A DNA stretch of 49,123 nt, the filler included, from Streblomastix strix (lineage: Eukaryota), in the NCBI GenBank assembly GCA_008636045.1. It is 2 parts of 2 records of this genome, joined end to end, with 100 filler letters (N's around TTAATTAATTAA, not from the genome) between each part and the next. Parts side by side here need not be neighbours in the genome. Positions count along the whole stretch, not along the records: positions 1 to 24,512 come from SNRW01000229.1; positions 24,613 to 49,123 come from SNRW01000230.1. One strand, 5' to 3'. Positions 12,791 through 26,789 of the stretch are shown here, piece by piece. The notes beneath the pieces were generated by a model. That model did not search any database and was not told where the DNA came from. It saw only the letters and a list, made by a program, of their open reading frames with translations. Within the stretch, counting starts at the first letter, position 1. Every line of letters begins with the position of its first letter. A program made the translations under genes and the position numbers.

Positions 12791-14303
12791 TTCTATCATA
12801 ATAAGATAAACTGATTTCAAATACAATAATTTTGATATTATTAATTATTAGCAGTATTATTATCTAATTTTCAATAAAAATCTTATTTTGTAACAATTAT
12901 CGACAATACTTTTGAGCGCAAATTGTTTAGATATTTGGCAGATTAATATTTGCTTATCGAACAATAATTAATTCAATTTTGATATAATATTGATTTACGA
13001 AATTATGGTTGAATTAGAAAATAAATCAATATTGAAAATTTGAATATTTCTCTGTCTGTTTTGGCTCTAATCCATATTTGTTTGAGATTGTTGTACTTTA
13101 TTTGCACGATATAAATTAAAAATTTACAAAATTATCTAAACAGAATAAATTACAACAAAAAACAAAAATAAAAATCTTTCGAAGCATATCGCAGCGCTTT
13201 AACTAATTTTTTTTATTTAATTTTAATATTTTTGTTTACAAATTGTTATATAATTAAAAATTCATTTATAATTTTAATTTTATTCCAGTAAAATATTTCG
13301 AATAGATGTATAGAACTGATATTGTATTAAAAAACGAAGATTATTTAATTTTAGAAATTGAAATTTCAGAGCTAAACCCAAATATTTTTGAGAAAAACAG
13401 GAATATATCCTCATAATAATTATGACTAGATGATTCAATTACTAAATAGTCTTTAGAAAATAATAATACGAACATTTAACTTAGTTGTAAAAAAAACTCA
13501 AAAAAAACGAAGAAAATATGGAAAAAATATAAAAATAATTGATTAAAAATAATATTAATAAAGTCAAACTGGAAAAATATTAGAAAAATAATGTAAATTA
13601 ATATTTGCTATAGAAAAGTATTGATGAAAACAATGCAAATGACTAATTTTCAGTTTCGATAAGACAACTTAGTTCTGAAGTATTGAAATTTAATTTTTTC
13701 ATATAATTATTGATGAATATGCTTATTAAATTTAAATAATCTCAATTATTTTGTTGCGCAGCTAGTTATAGCGCCAAACATAACTTATCTAAAGTTTTTT
13801 TTTATTTTAGCAAGTGTTGACTTATAATTTTACTAAATTTATGTATTTAATCGAAATTAAATATTCATTTATAATAATTAATTAATGTTAGTAATCACTA
13901 GTTTGTGCGTACTGGATGTATCAAACAAAATTTATAATTTTATTTTCTTTTCACTATTTCAATTGCAAAATCATAACAGATTTTTGAATTATATTGGAAT
14001 TTGATTGGATGATATTTTTAATAAATTAATGAATTCGGTAAGAAATTACATCAATTAATGCATTAGACATTTATAAAAGAAAATTATTCAGGAAATTATT
14101 TACCATTTCTGATATGAGATCATGTATTATATTAGGCTTCACACTGATATGTCAACACACAACGTATGAAATAACGAAGGCTATTATAAAAGATATTAAT
14201 AAATCAAGCAACTGAATATCTTAATCATCAACTCATACTAAGCTCTTCTTAAGATGATCACAAAACTGCACCATCTTTCAGATCTAACTTCACTCAAAAT
14301 GAT

Positions 14304-15301
14304 TCACCAGAACAACAACAGAGCTGGAATAACCACAGTTGCAACAATCACACTCAGAACTGCACGAACAACAGAAGCATCATTAAAGAACACAGTGGCA
14401 TCCAACCCAGTGAAGTCATAATCATCAGAATCGATCCAAACTAATTCTGTTTCACCATCATAGAATGTCTATGAATATATCCAATACTAACTATCATCAA
14501 CTATCTCTCTTCTAAATATAGTTATTAGAAATAGACATTTTTAACTATTTTTTCAATATTTAAATGTACATCTACAAATCTCTGAAGTAACTTCTTTATT
14601 AAGATCATATCAGCGTTGATGACCTCACCTGTATTACAATCTTTCAATACTGGTCACATTTTCTCTATCTAATATTTTGATGCATCGTCTGGTACTACAG
14701 TGTTGGGTACGCAAGACGTGCCTCCTAATCCAATGTTGCTTGTAGATAGAATTAAAATATCCAGGTCACCTGAACTGCTTTTCTATTAAAATGTGACTAT
14801 TTCATTGAAATCTGGAACGACTGTTAGTTCTTTTGGTGCTTTCTTGACTGTGACTTCACTAAAACCTGCTTTGGTCAGATACGTTATTGATGGAGAGATA
14901 TCGGCGTTTCTTTAATAGAAAGCTGAATAACCAATAAGTTAATAATAGCCAGAAACAAAAACTTACTTCATAATATCATATCTCAATTCATCAGATATCA
15001 GAGTAACTGTAATCTTTAGCTTATTTAGAGTTTCTTCAGTATCTGCAACAGACAAGAAAATCGCATCAGTTTCTTTTATTCCTTAAACTAATACAGAATA
15101 ATCGTTAATCTTCTTAATTTAAGGTACATATGTTGAGTTATTTCATTTTTTCAGATCTTTTGTTACTTTTCCTTTTTAGTTTTAGAACTCTTCATCATAG
15201 TAAATGTTAGTGGATGATAATGTTATATTAACACCAATTTTGCGTCCCTAAGATAGACGGCAAGATGAAAGTGCTGCAAGTATTAACACGAGGATTAACT
15301 T
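14304..15301 (-). pseudogene. Putative secreted/GPI- or membrane-anchored surface protein, pseudogenised
   Basis: Signal-peptide-like N-terminus LILVLILAALSSC with AAG where ATG is expected. Hydrophobic C-terminus DASVVRAVLSVIVATVVIPALLLFW-TGA; internal TGA codons. Confidence 0.55.
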
Positions 15302-15799
15302 ATTGAATGTTCTGAAAATTAAATAATATATTGAAAAAATAGAAATGGTATTTGAATAGCACCATTTATTTGAGTATGAATAATGTATTGTATCCAATAA
15401 GATTTATATACCTAATATCTGTTATAAATATGTTGATAATTGCGACGTAAGTCCTAAGATATGGTTGAAAATCAGAAGAAATTAATTTGAATTGTATCAT
15501 TTTTCATTCATAGTTCTACATATTTCATCAACATTCATATATTTCAATTCATCATTATAATATTCATTACATATGCGCCATACGTCGGAAATCTGCGCTG
15601 GTTTAGGCGATTCAATTTTCAGAACCATATGGAATTTTGATGAAAAAAGTATTTATGCGTTCAGCTGGAAATTCGTTTCTGTGTTCTATTTAGGTTGATA
15701 AAATAAATATAAACAATAAAATAACATATTACTGATAAAAAAATTAAAATTCTTCAATATTTATATTTTTAATTTTTTATCATATTACCAATAGTCCGA

Positions 15800-18700
15800 A
15801 TTTGGTAATTGAGGAGTGCATATATAATTTCCAACAACTTCACCTTTATTGAGTGACTACCATTAATTATTTGAAATGATTATTCTGGCCATTCGCCTTG
15901 CAATGTTTACAATGGGGTGTTCATTTTAAAAAACTGCAAAAAAAAGGATAATACGCTGGATCAATTACTTCAGCAAACGATTGCCAAACAGAAACTCGTA
16001 CTAAACAATGAATTACGCCAACTTAGTATCGCAAAACCCTCAATGGATCGCAGCGCAGCCGTAACAGAAATTTGTGAACGCGTTCCGCTAGAACATTGAG
16101 ATGGACTCACTGGATCCTGACTAAACAATAACAGCACCAGAATAGGTACCACAAAATGCGATAACAGCAGTACGGGCGCTATTAGCTGGACTCTCGGCGC
16201 AAGATGCGTCGTATATCGATTTTTTGCTAGAAGGAACCGTTAAAAGATCAAGATGTAGAGGCTAAACAACGTGTAATGAACAGCCACAGACTTGGTAACG
16301 CGTAGGAAACCGCCGAAACACAACAATCCACCAGCGCAACCGATGCTCGCATTCGACTAGGTCCTCGCAGATCTGGAAACGAAATTTCTACAATAACACT
16401 GACTGCCAGAGGGAACTCTAAGATAGATCGTGAAATGATTCTGTACAGCAACTCCGAAATTTTATTTATGTACGTTCATAAACATATACGACACGATTTC
16501 CAAGGTAAATATGGTGCGGCCACTGATGGATACGACTGATCAGCGAAACTTACTAAAAATACAATCGTAATCAGTAATACGCCCAGAGTATAACAAATTA
16601 GATGTTGAGATCATTACGAGCATTACACTAGACTGACGGAGCGCATCCAGCATCGGTAGATACAATATTGACAAGAATTGTTAGCTTGACTGGAGAACTG
16701 GACCCTGAATTGAAGAAGTTAACAGCGCAATAAGTAATAGATTTGGTCAGGAGCAAGCCATAGATAATGGCACCAGAATGGGCTCAGGATCTAGCGAGAA
16801 AACCGACACCAGAAACCAAACTGACTGCGTTATTATCACTTTTATGCCAATTACAGCAATAAAGCCTGAATCAGTACATTTCATTCAATTTTTTTACCAA
16901 TAAACCTTATCAACAGTAGATATAAGTGTAGTAACCGCCACAATACCCCTTCTAATACTCCGGACAGCCAATGCAATACCTGATCTAGTCAACTCAGCTT
17001 CCGGCTATTCCACCTCTGAATCCATTTTTACCAACGATGAACCCACCGTAATCACACAAATGCGAACCCCGACTACCAAATAACGAAAATGTAATAGGCT
17101 AACAAAATGCGGTTCAATCCAGTCTACAAGTAGAATGATCAGCAACACAAACAGTTAAAATACCGAGAAAAAGTGAAACAGCGACGAGATGTGCACACAA
17201 CCTATTAATTCGATCAATAACGACATATCCGTAATTATAAACATCTCGAACACCACTATTACTTTATACAACTGAAAGAAATAAATAAAGGAGTTAGAGC
17301 AAAAGAGCCTTATCTCCAAAACTTATGAAAACGGATGAATCTAAATACGATGACTTTCTGGGTGAAATTATATCTGGAATAAAAATACCTCACTTATCAT
17401 TACATAAGAATGATATTGAAACAGAACAACGAATATGATAAAAATATAGGATACAATCTATTAATAGATCTAAGCGCGATTCAATCCAGGAATTCAAAAT
17501 TGTTTTGAAAACTGGCTGCACTGAAGCTTTTTATATTTAACGATTAGATAAAATTTTTGGTAGACGTAGAATACTCACTGGAACAGATCAATATAACACA
17601 AAATCTGTCAACGGAAATGAAGCTATAAAGTCTTCATGATAAGCCAAGAAGAAACGAATCGGTAAGAATTTACGAGAAGGAAAAAAGAAAATGCAATAGA
17701 TTATAGGAATGAAATGAAAAGAAGAATTGAATAATAAGCAATCCTTGAAGCAGAAACAGGAAAGAAATAGATTAAAAGCAGTAACTGTAGTAGCAACAGT
17801 AGCAGTAAAAGTTGCAGTTAGCAAATATTAGAAGACTGGACTGGAAAAGGACAGATATCAACGCAATGAACCGATGGAGTTGAATACTGGTTCGAGGATG
17901 ATAGACGCCATAGATAGTTAGAGAAATAGAAACAGATCAAATTTGAAAGAAAATGGCTAACCAAAAACCAATAATAATAACAGCTACAATTTCAAATGCA
18001 ATAAGATCCAGAAGTAAATGAAACTCAAAAACAAAGGCGTTCATTGTTATAAATTCCAATTTAACTTACAAAATACAATTCAAACACTCAGACAAATCAG
18101 AACATATCTCATAAATAAACCGGTTCATAACACAATACACTCCATATGCCCATTTCACCACGCCCTCAACAATATTCAGAGTCACCCACACTGAAGCAAA
18201 CATTAGCTATATTAGAAACAGTTTCTACCAGATACCCACGAGGACGCAAGGAAAAAGAACCCGAAGGGAAACTATCAAAACTATAGCAATAATAAAGAAT
18301 GAACATTCCGGTATAATTATTTAAAAATACTTTCATATACGACAATGACAACAAATGCAGCACCAAGTCTATGAGATCAACACTTGAGAATGAATCGGAT
18401 ATTGTAACAATAGCTCATGTAACTTTGAATAAAAGATATGCCAAATTATCAAGTAAAAACAGATAAATAAAAGTTAAAACATAACACTTTCAAAGTTTCG
18501 CAAAAGTTTTAAAAATTTACAAATTCTATCAATAACGATTGGAAAAGATAACGGTATAACAATTTTCGACAATGGCAAATGGAGAGCAACATCAACATTG
18601 ATAAAGAAAATAAAATATGTACATCAAACAATAGAAAAACTAAGAATTTGGGTCCAGATTACTCATCTACCAGGAATTAAAAACGAGATAGCAGACGCAC

Positions 18701-19510
18701 TAAGTAGACTATAAAGGGCAGAAAAAGACAAATTAAAGGAGAAGATTTTTCAATAAACATATCTTCAGATGAACCTGAACGGCAACCATAGATTTATTTT
18801 CACAACACTTCTATAATCTGCCGCAAAGATTCATGCCAACAATAAGAAAACACGGAGAAACAGCAATTGATGCTCTCATTCAAACATGGATGAAGGAACT
18901 CCCATGGATTCATCCTCCTATCCCTCTCCTTCCAGCAGTTCTGAAGAAGATCAGAAAAGAAAAGATCGAAGCAATGATAATAGCTCCACTATGGCTAGGC
19001 TTGATATGACATACAGAACAGGTAAACGAGAATGTTCAATCCCTTATGCTTGGATGGAATAACGAAATTCTGGAACCAGGAACATCGTTAATCAATAAAA
19101 ATTTGAAATTCCTCCAGGCAAGATATGCTGGTTCTTGATGGATCGAAGGCTAGGAAAGGAAGAGGATTCACAAATAAATTTTTATGAATATTAAATTTGT
19201 CTAGAGGGTCACTAAACCGGATTTTATATGTGTAAAGATACAACTCTCAAAAGAAATACCATTATGCAATGAAAAATCTGAAGTGAAGGATTCAAATCAA
19301 TCAATACACAGTAATTGATTTATTACTAATCAAATTTCTCATCATTAATAACAGAGATATTAGTTTAATTCAAATCACTAAACACTTCTGCAAGCTAAAC
19401 ACTTCAGTTTCTTAATGGACTATCCTCAATGCTCTCATTATCATTCGATATAGACTTAAATAATAACCGCGAGTTCAAATTCACCAGGAAAGCGATTTCA
19501 TCACTTATGA
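15800..19510 (+). mobile_element. Degenerate DIRS element: ORF1, RT deleted, RNase H, MT and 5' part of YR; boundaries approximate
   Basis: RNase H TTNAAPS..TLE..IAH and THLPGIKNEIADALSRL (~18660-18710). MT IDLFSQHF..WIHPPIPLLPAVLKKI..IIAPLW. No YxDD region found. Confidence 0.75.
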
Positions 19511-20949
19511 GGTTAGCTAACATTTTCCAAGATTTGTTTATAGTAAAAGTGACCGTTTTTAATTTATTAAGAAAATTCATTTTTATAATTTAAATAAAAA
19601 TTAAGAGAAATTATTTTTTTTTAAAAAATAAATTTTATTTTTTTATTCAATATTAAATATAATAAAAATAAGATTATTTTTTTATTTTTTTGATTGTTGT
19701 TGCCATTCCTTCTATCATCCTGCATATTTCCTGATTTTAATATTTTTGGTCAAATATAAAAACCTAATCAGTCCGATTAGAATTTGGAGCAGAATAAAAA
19801 GCTCAAAGACTTCATAATTACATACAATGCTAAGAGAGTAGAGCTAGAAGACAATACCAAATCTATATACTGCAAACAGCATAAAATAATGCTCGGAAAT
19901 TTTAAATGGATGGAATGCTTATGATAATAGAACCTAAAATTAAAAAGAATGACAATGTTTCAACAGGCAATCCGTTTGAAAACTTCTAACCAAACTTCAA
20001 CCCAAATTAATATATTGATGACCTCAGCTAGATTCCTTCTTATGATCTATAAGAAAAATCCAATGATTCAGATGATAATCCAATATAAAGAAACAAGGAT
20101 CATAACAGCAATCATGATGTATTTGGAAAAGTTGATCTAATACAATTATAAGTAAAATGTCGTAAAGGATGAAGGATGAAAAGTAGAGGTAGAGGCAAAG
20201 AATAATCTCAAACATAACCTCTTTTATCTATTCATCAACATATTTAGGGAAGTACGCAGTCTAAGTTAAAAGTTCCTGAACAGAGGCGATGGTGGACTAG
20301 ATAAGTTAATGGGATTATAAACATCAACACCTAATCTTCTCGCATAAAACAGATCGCTGGTGGGAGTGACTTTAATTTGGGATCAAGTATGGACATAGAT
20401 ATGGAATAGATGAAGGAAAGAGATCTTACTCAAACATAATCTATTACTAATGAAGGCTCTGTTATTTCTATAGCTATATCTTAACTGGGGAAGGTTTCAT
20501 TATATGGAAGGGGAGAAACTGCAAGTGTTTTTGCAATTTATCGCGTAAACATTGGTGGTATAAATTTAGCAAGTGAGATAATTATACCTCAACATGGTCG
20601 CTTGTAGCTTAACGTGTAGTTGGTCCTAGATACCAACCTCTAATCGGTCAACAATCAGAATAATTTGAAGAAGAACCTGAACAAGACCAAAGTCAATTAG
20701 ACTTAAACAATCTTTCAGAAAATCAAGAAAATAAAGATTCACAGGGGCTTACATAAGGAACCAGAAAGAGCGAAGCGAATAAGGGCAGCATTAATCCTCG
20801 CATTAAATCTTCTCGTAAGAGGAAGAAGGGCTGCTAAAGGCGCCAACTTCGCCTCCGGACGATACATGCTGATGTAGGTCTGGAGGCACTAACAGGAGGA
20901 GCAACTACAAGAGACTCCTTCTTGGAGAAGCTAAACCCCAGTATAACAA

Positions 20950-22860
20950 CAACTTGGTGGAAAACTCATGAGATACATCATAGCTTGGGAAACAATAAAT
21001 AGTAATAATTTGATAACAAATGGATTTTATCTATTCTTCTAAGACAATAGTAGTCAAGAAATTCTTTAACAAATGTTCGCCCAATGTTTTTTTCAAGGGA
21101 ACAAAACAGAAACTGAAGCATTCAAAGCGACGTTACAAGAAGAATCGTAGAAAAGAATAATATATGAGATTCAGAATTATCAAAGTTAAATAATGAAACC
21201 CAAAGTTTCAGGTACCGAATCCTTCGGAAGAATCTAGAAAGATTTCAGATGCAAGTCTTCTGAACGAAGAAATACAATAATTTCATTTTTTAAATGAATG
21301 GAGTCGAACAAGTTCAATATCTTCTCATTCTTAACGATTGGAAAGCAAACCTCGATCCCAAATTAGCCTTTCACCATCTAATCGTGTACCCTCCATATAA
21401 ATCATATCTGGCATTCTAAGTCGATAATTACTACTATGAAAATAGTGCAATGCCTTTTGGATGTAAATATTCCCAAACATTCTTCATTCAAATATTCACT
21501 AATCTCTTGCCAGAGATTCGCATGAGAATAGATATTAGAATAATCAATTACTTCGACGATCTTCTTCTTCGTTATGGCAAAAAATATCTATATTTATAAA
21601 CAACATATAATCAACATTTTAGAACAATTTAATTGGATAATATCAATGAATAAATGCAAATTGACCCCGAAATAAGAAATAAATTTTTTGTGATGGAGAT
21701 AGAATATTACAGAAATGAATATTTTAATAACTAAAGATAGAAGACACCAATTGATAGAATACGTTAAATAGTTTATTAAGAAAACATACAGACATACAAT
21801 AATTAAGATTAAAGAAACAGCAACTCTGATAGGAAGACTAAATTTCTTGAGAGCTCGATTCAAGTAAGCATCACTATGCTTAATGCTTTAAGACTCAGCT
21901 AAAACTAAAGTAATTAAAGTACAATATTGGACAGGAATGATGGTATCTCTGCTGAAAACATTGAAGGAACTTTACTAGTTGATAAAGAAAATTGCAGAAA
22001 ATAAGAAAATTATTAATATAAAACTCGAATACACAATCAACAGTAGTAACAGATGCCTCTCCCCAAGGATGAGGAGCAACACTAGAACTAGACTCAGAAG
22101 AGGTTCTAGTAGCACACGGAGCATGGTTAAGCTACCAGATACATTGGACAAGTAATAGAAAAGAACTGCAAGCCATTCACTTAAGAATTTTAACTTTCGC
22201 AAGAGTTTGCGAAGAGCTGCAGATAACTAATATCCTAATTAGATCAGATAAATCTACTGCAGTATTCGATTTAAGAAGATTAAGAGCATCATAAACTTTA
22301 GCACTAATAGTGAAGGGGATATATTTTATTTACCTACAATTGAATACGAAATTAATAACATAGCATGTTCCGGGAAAGATTAATATAATTATAAATTCAC
22401 TTAATAGATTGTACAGATCAGGAGTCTATCAACTTCATCTAATTTACCTGGATCAAATAAGAATGATATGGAATATTTAACCAACTTTCGATCTGATCGC
22501 ATCATCAACAACAAAATTATTACCTCAATACGTTACAACGAACATAAAGGACTAACAAGCCCAATGGATAGATGCATTCTCCGACACACGGACGAACGAA
22601 ATCCTACTAGTATACTCTCCAATCCCAATATTGTCAAGAGTAATTTCATATCATAACAACAAGGCGACTTTAGCAATAGTAATAGCACCATGGTAGCTGG
22701 GCCAGCCATGGTTTACAAGTTTAATGAATCAGTCAAGCAGGTACTTTATCCTTGGACAGTCAAGCCAATGCCTAATCAAGAGACTAAGCATAAGAAACCC
22801 CAAAAAAATTTTCCACCTGGAAAGATAGCAGCATTCCTCATGGATCAGAAATGGAAAAAG
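20950..22860 (+). pseudogene. DIRS RT-RNase H-MT, with several stops and frameshifts
   Basis: GGKLMRYIIAW, AFHHLIV, AMPFGC, IINYFDDLLL (~21545), VTDASPQG*GATL, HVPGKIN, IAPW..QPW, FPPGKIAAFLMD. Confidence 0.85.
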
Positions 22861-23880
22861 GAAGAATCTTCATAATTTAGTCGCTAGATAAAATAGGAAT
22901 TTTTTAGAGTAGTTTAGTAATTACTCATCAATGGGTGGAGATTCGAGATTTAGAGACACTACCTTTATGCAATGAGAACATTGGCAGAATTCACTTACGA
23001 TCACGGTCTCAGTATCGACCAACTACTCTCCATAAGCCCAAGATTTTTACTTTTAGAGGTAATTAACTGGTTTACAAGATGGAACCCAAGTGTTTCTTCA
23101 GTTAACACCCTTCAATCTTGTCTTAAAACAATTCTCTCTCTTACTTTTGATACACCATAGATAACATCCACTCCATCATAATTTGCGTATAGAGCTGTTT
23201 TAAACTGTAAGATCATAAACAAAAAGTACTATAATATATGGGTCATAAGACAACTATTAGATTACTGGCGTTCGCTACCATATGACAAAGATATATCAAA
23301 TATAGAGATACAAACGAAACTTGCATCGTTACTATTATCCTTATGTTTCATCAGAATAAACGAGGCTGCCGAAATAAACTTAGCCATTTCGAACATAGAT
23401 TATAGAAACTAAACAGTTATTTTTTGTTCATCTTCAAAGACGAACAATTTGATTGAACAATAAGAAATAAGAAGAACAGGATATCCAAAAGTTTAACCTA
23501 ACTCTACATTGGACACTTAGCATAATGGTTTATATTTGCATGATAGGATGAATTCTGAACACTTTGCTAACCAATTTTGGCAACTTGATGGATAACTAGC
23601 AGATAAACGACGAAGCAGTCTTTGGTTGAACTCGCATCTACACGAAATCGATATCAGTGAAGCAACTGAATACTCATTTAAACATGTAGCATCAATGGAA
23701 CTAGCAAGATAAGAACTCGAAACTACAAAATTGAACAATTTTACGCACCTCTGTGTATTTTCAAGAGCTGCAAGCAACTATTATATACATTCTGCGAATG
23801 CAGCGATTGATGATATCGCGTCTTAGCTCGTGGGAAGTCACGGCCAAAGCGACGCTACTTAAACCATCTCGTAATAAAGA
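22860..23880 (+). pseudogene. DIRS tyrosine recombinase, disrupted
   Basis: IQTKLASLLLSLCFIRINEAAEI, YSFKHVASMELA, NNFTH, ASNYYI. Confidence 0.8.
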
Positions 23881-24512
23881 GGTAGAGCAATTGAACGAAG
23901 TGATATAAATACATTGCCAGAATGTTACTGGTAACACTTTGATAACAGTACATTGTTATGGAGTTTAATTGTTCAACCTCTTGCCCTCCCGTTCTATGAG
24001 ACCCTACCCGTCGGTGGAGGAATTGAACCGAACGACAGTATGAGAGCACGAAGAGATATGATTTACATTGACTAATATGATAATGATGATATGTCTAGAC
24101 AATAAGGCTATAGGTGCAGTTGGAATGATAACAGATTGGAACATCGTAGATGTTTTTATAAAGATAATCAATAACAATGATAAGAGTTCAAACAACAAAC
24201 AATAGCATCACTGGTATTTTTTAATATGTGATGTATTTTGTGAAGTTTTTTGTATGAATTTAATATTCTTTTCTCACACTCGCAACAACAATAATACTAT
24301 GGAGAGTGAGTTTTTCTTTTAATGTATTCCTCATAAATCAATTCTTTTTTCATTAATTATTTAATTATCTTCGATGTTCTTCTCATAATAGAGATTTTCT
24401 GATTCATTGTATGATATCATTTTAAGCTTTCTTTAAATTTTAAATAATGGCCGACATAAATGGATGGAAAGCTCATGGGAGCATCCAGTCCCTACGGCCG
24501 AGTATGGCAGCC

Positions 24513-24612
24513 NNNNNNNNNNNNNNNNNNNNNNNNNNNNNNNNNNNNNNNNNNNNTTAATTAATTAANNNNNNNNNNNNNNNNNNNNNNNNNNNNNNNN
24601 NNNNNNNNNNNN
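24513..24612. other. Artificial 100-bp contig spacer (N44-TTAATTAATTAA-N44)
   Basis: Symmetric N padding around a six-frame stop linker. Confidence 0.97.
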
Positions 24613-24960
24613 AGAATTACTTACTAAGATAAGAATTTGATAAGAAAGATTCAATAATTGTTAAACTTAAAGAAATGAGTTTAAAAACTGAATCCACAAA
24701 TTATTAAAGATGTTTATGAAAATAATATTAAGAATGGAACTTTAGTTAATGGAAAGAATACATCGTTAAGATAGCATATTGAGAGAAATAAAGAAGATAA
24801 AGTATTCAGTAAAATGAATAGAATTAATACAACTAAGAATGGAATTACTGGAGTTCATACTAAAATGATTGTATTAGAAAATTAATGATGTTGCCCGTAT
24901 ATTGATGGAATATCTGCTGATAAATATGAAATTTAATATAAGATGTTGATGCGACCTTAA
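24613..24960 (+). pseudogene. C-terminus of protein-primed DNA polymerase B (element A)
   Basis: NYLL..KLK..TTKNGITGVHTKMIVLENQ*CCPYIDGISADKY aligns with the C-termini of the two full pPolB genes (GITGIHTKMVVLKDQSCCPY). Confidence 0.85.
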
Positions 24961-25013
24961 AATCAATGATTGAGGTATATTGTAAAATAATTTATTTTTG
25001 TTTATTAAAATTT

Positions 25014-26334
25014 ATGGCTCAACACAATTTACGTACTCGTAGAAGTAAATCATAAGCATAAAATCTAGATGAATTACTCAACAGATTTAATAAAACCAAG
25101 AAATAATCAGATATTGCAGAAGATTCTATGAATTTATCGATAGAAACCATTTTGAAATAACCTCGAAGATTAAATCTTACAGAATTTGTTAAAGAAATTT
25201 AAATTCAAGATTCTGACAGCGAAATAACAGTAATTATTGAAAATGCTGATAAGATTCAATATGGTGGCAAAACTATTTAAGATTGTTTTGATGATTATAT
25301 TGCAAAGGAATAGAAGAAAGGTAAGAAGAGATAAAATATCAGATTGCCATAAGGAAAAGCTGAGTAAACATCGTAAGTCAAATTTCCATTCAAATCCAAA
25401 ATAAAACCATATGAATAAGTACATGGAGTTAAACTAGAGGTTGAAAAAAAATAATCTATAGTTCTTGATTATTAAATTAAATAATTATCATAAAAATTTG
25501 GAAGACCATATTTCTCTTATGAATTTGGTTCTTGGGAGATAGATGTAGTATTTTCAATGAATCCTGAGTTAGTTAGAATTAATTAAATTTTTCTATTCTT
25601 TATCAAAATCAATACTATAAATCTTGTTGTGTATCCTTTACATAATAAATCATAGGAAGATACTGAAAAAACATTGTAAAATTTGGTTTAAACTTAGAAT
25701 GTAACACATATCAGAGATGATGGTGAAAAAGGATTTGCTAGTAATTATCTTATGTAATTTTACAACAAGAATGATATTAAGACTTATTTTGTGAATGGAT
25801 CTTAAGAGTTAACGAATAATAATCGTATGGTGGATTTTGTAATAAGAATAATAAGAAATGCTTTTGGATATGTTGACAGATCGTTTTCAAATCACAATTT
25901 AATGTAATAAATGGTTGATCTTTACAAAGATACTCCTTATGATTCATTTGAAAATAAATTTACACCGATGTAAGTAAATAGTTAATAAGAGCTTGAAGCT
26001 TATTTCATAAGGAAAAATGATAAAAAATTACGAGAAGTTAAATATAAATAATAAGAAGAAAGCCTTACAAAATATAAACCAGGAAATTTTTTAATGATTC
26101 ATGTTGATTTCCTACGTGCAACGCATCGTTATATGAAGTAAAGAAAAAATTTCAATGAATTAGCCAAGTTTATTAAATATAATGGTAGAAATGTAGAACG
26201 TTTATTATTAAATCCATTTTCTTATTTAGATATGATAACTATACCAATTTATTATACAAAGCACTTCTATGAAAATAAATAATAATTAAATTAACCTTAG
26301 TTTATAAAATATAAATAATAATTTTTTTAATTGA
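25014..26334 (+). pseudogene. Retroviral-type (rve) Polinton integrase, probably frameshifted; end approximate
   Basis: RPYFSYEFGSWEIDVVF..FLFFIKINT..HIRDDGEKGF..NNRMVDFVIRIIRN..MVDLYKDTP..KFTP; C-terminal IPIYYTK. Confidence 0.8.
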
Positions 26335-26368
26335 AATTGTTTATAAAAATATTCAATTTTTGCAAAAA

Positions 26369-26690
26369 ATGAGTTAAGTTTATACGAAATTCCGTGATGG
26401 AAGATAATGCATATATAAAACTAAGGAAGAAACAAATGAAGTAGCAAAATAACAAAAAAATATAGATCAATTGGATTATAAGAATAAAAGAGATAATTTA
26501 TTAATAATGTATCTGATTCTTAATTAATTCCCAAAAAGAAATAGTAAAATATTATAACTCCATATTATCTTGAAAATAATAAAATACATGAAATTTTAAA
26601 CAAGTACGATAAAAATTTAAACAAAAATGATGATTAAAAATTATAAAGCGAAATTAAAAATCTTTTAAACTACCAATTCTGTTAGCGCTC
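26369..26690 (+). pseudogene. Small basic protein, homolog of the GRPRK protein at 36724-37188; end approximate
   Basis: GRQCIYKTKEETNEVAKQQK vs GRPRKYYTEKEARDMARLQRK; same position downstream of the integrase. Confidence 0.55.
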
Positions 26691-26789
26691 TTAAGAGTAT
26701 TTCGTAGTTACGCAACTTCAGGCTTCGCCCTGTCGAAGATAGGTGCAACAAATATAGTTTGCTAAATCGTTCACGATTTTGAAAAAGTA

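Larger units (their letters stand above)
19510..24512 (+). mobile_element. Degenerate DIRS element (ORF1, RT, RNase H, MT, YR, start of ICR/ITR), cut by the contig end
   Basis: Domains are in canonical order. TAAATAATGGCCGA at ~24441 resembles the ICR/ITR inner motif of the 5926-11163 element. Confidence 0.85.

Noticed and set aside
12900..13920. Scattered GCGC motifs suggesting a MITE
   Set aside because: No convincing terminal inverted repeat or target duplication found by eye.
24448..24512. Possible HDV-like or hammerhead ribozyme
   Set aside because: No CUGAUGA/GAAA core or nested double pseudoknot could be built, and the sequence is truncated by the contig end.
24557..24568. TTAATTAATTAA palindrome and apparent DIRS-Polinton adjacency
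   Set aside because: Synthetic contig spacer; no biological linkage between the two halves can be inferred.
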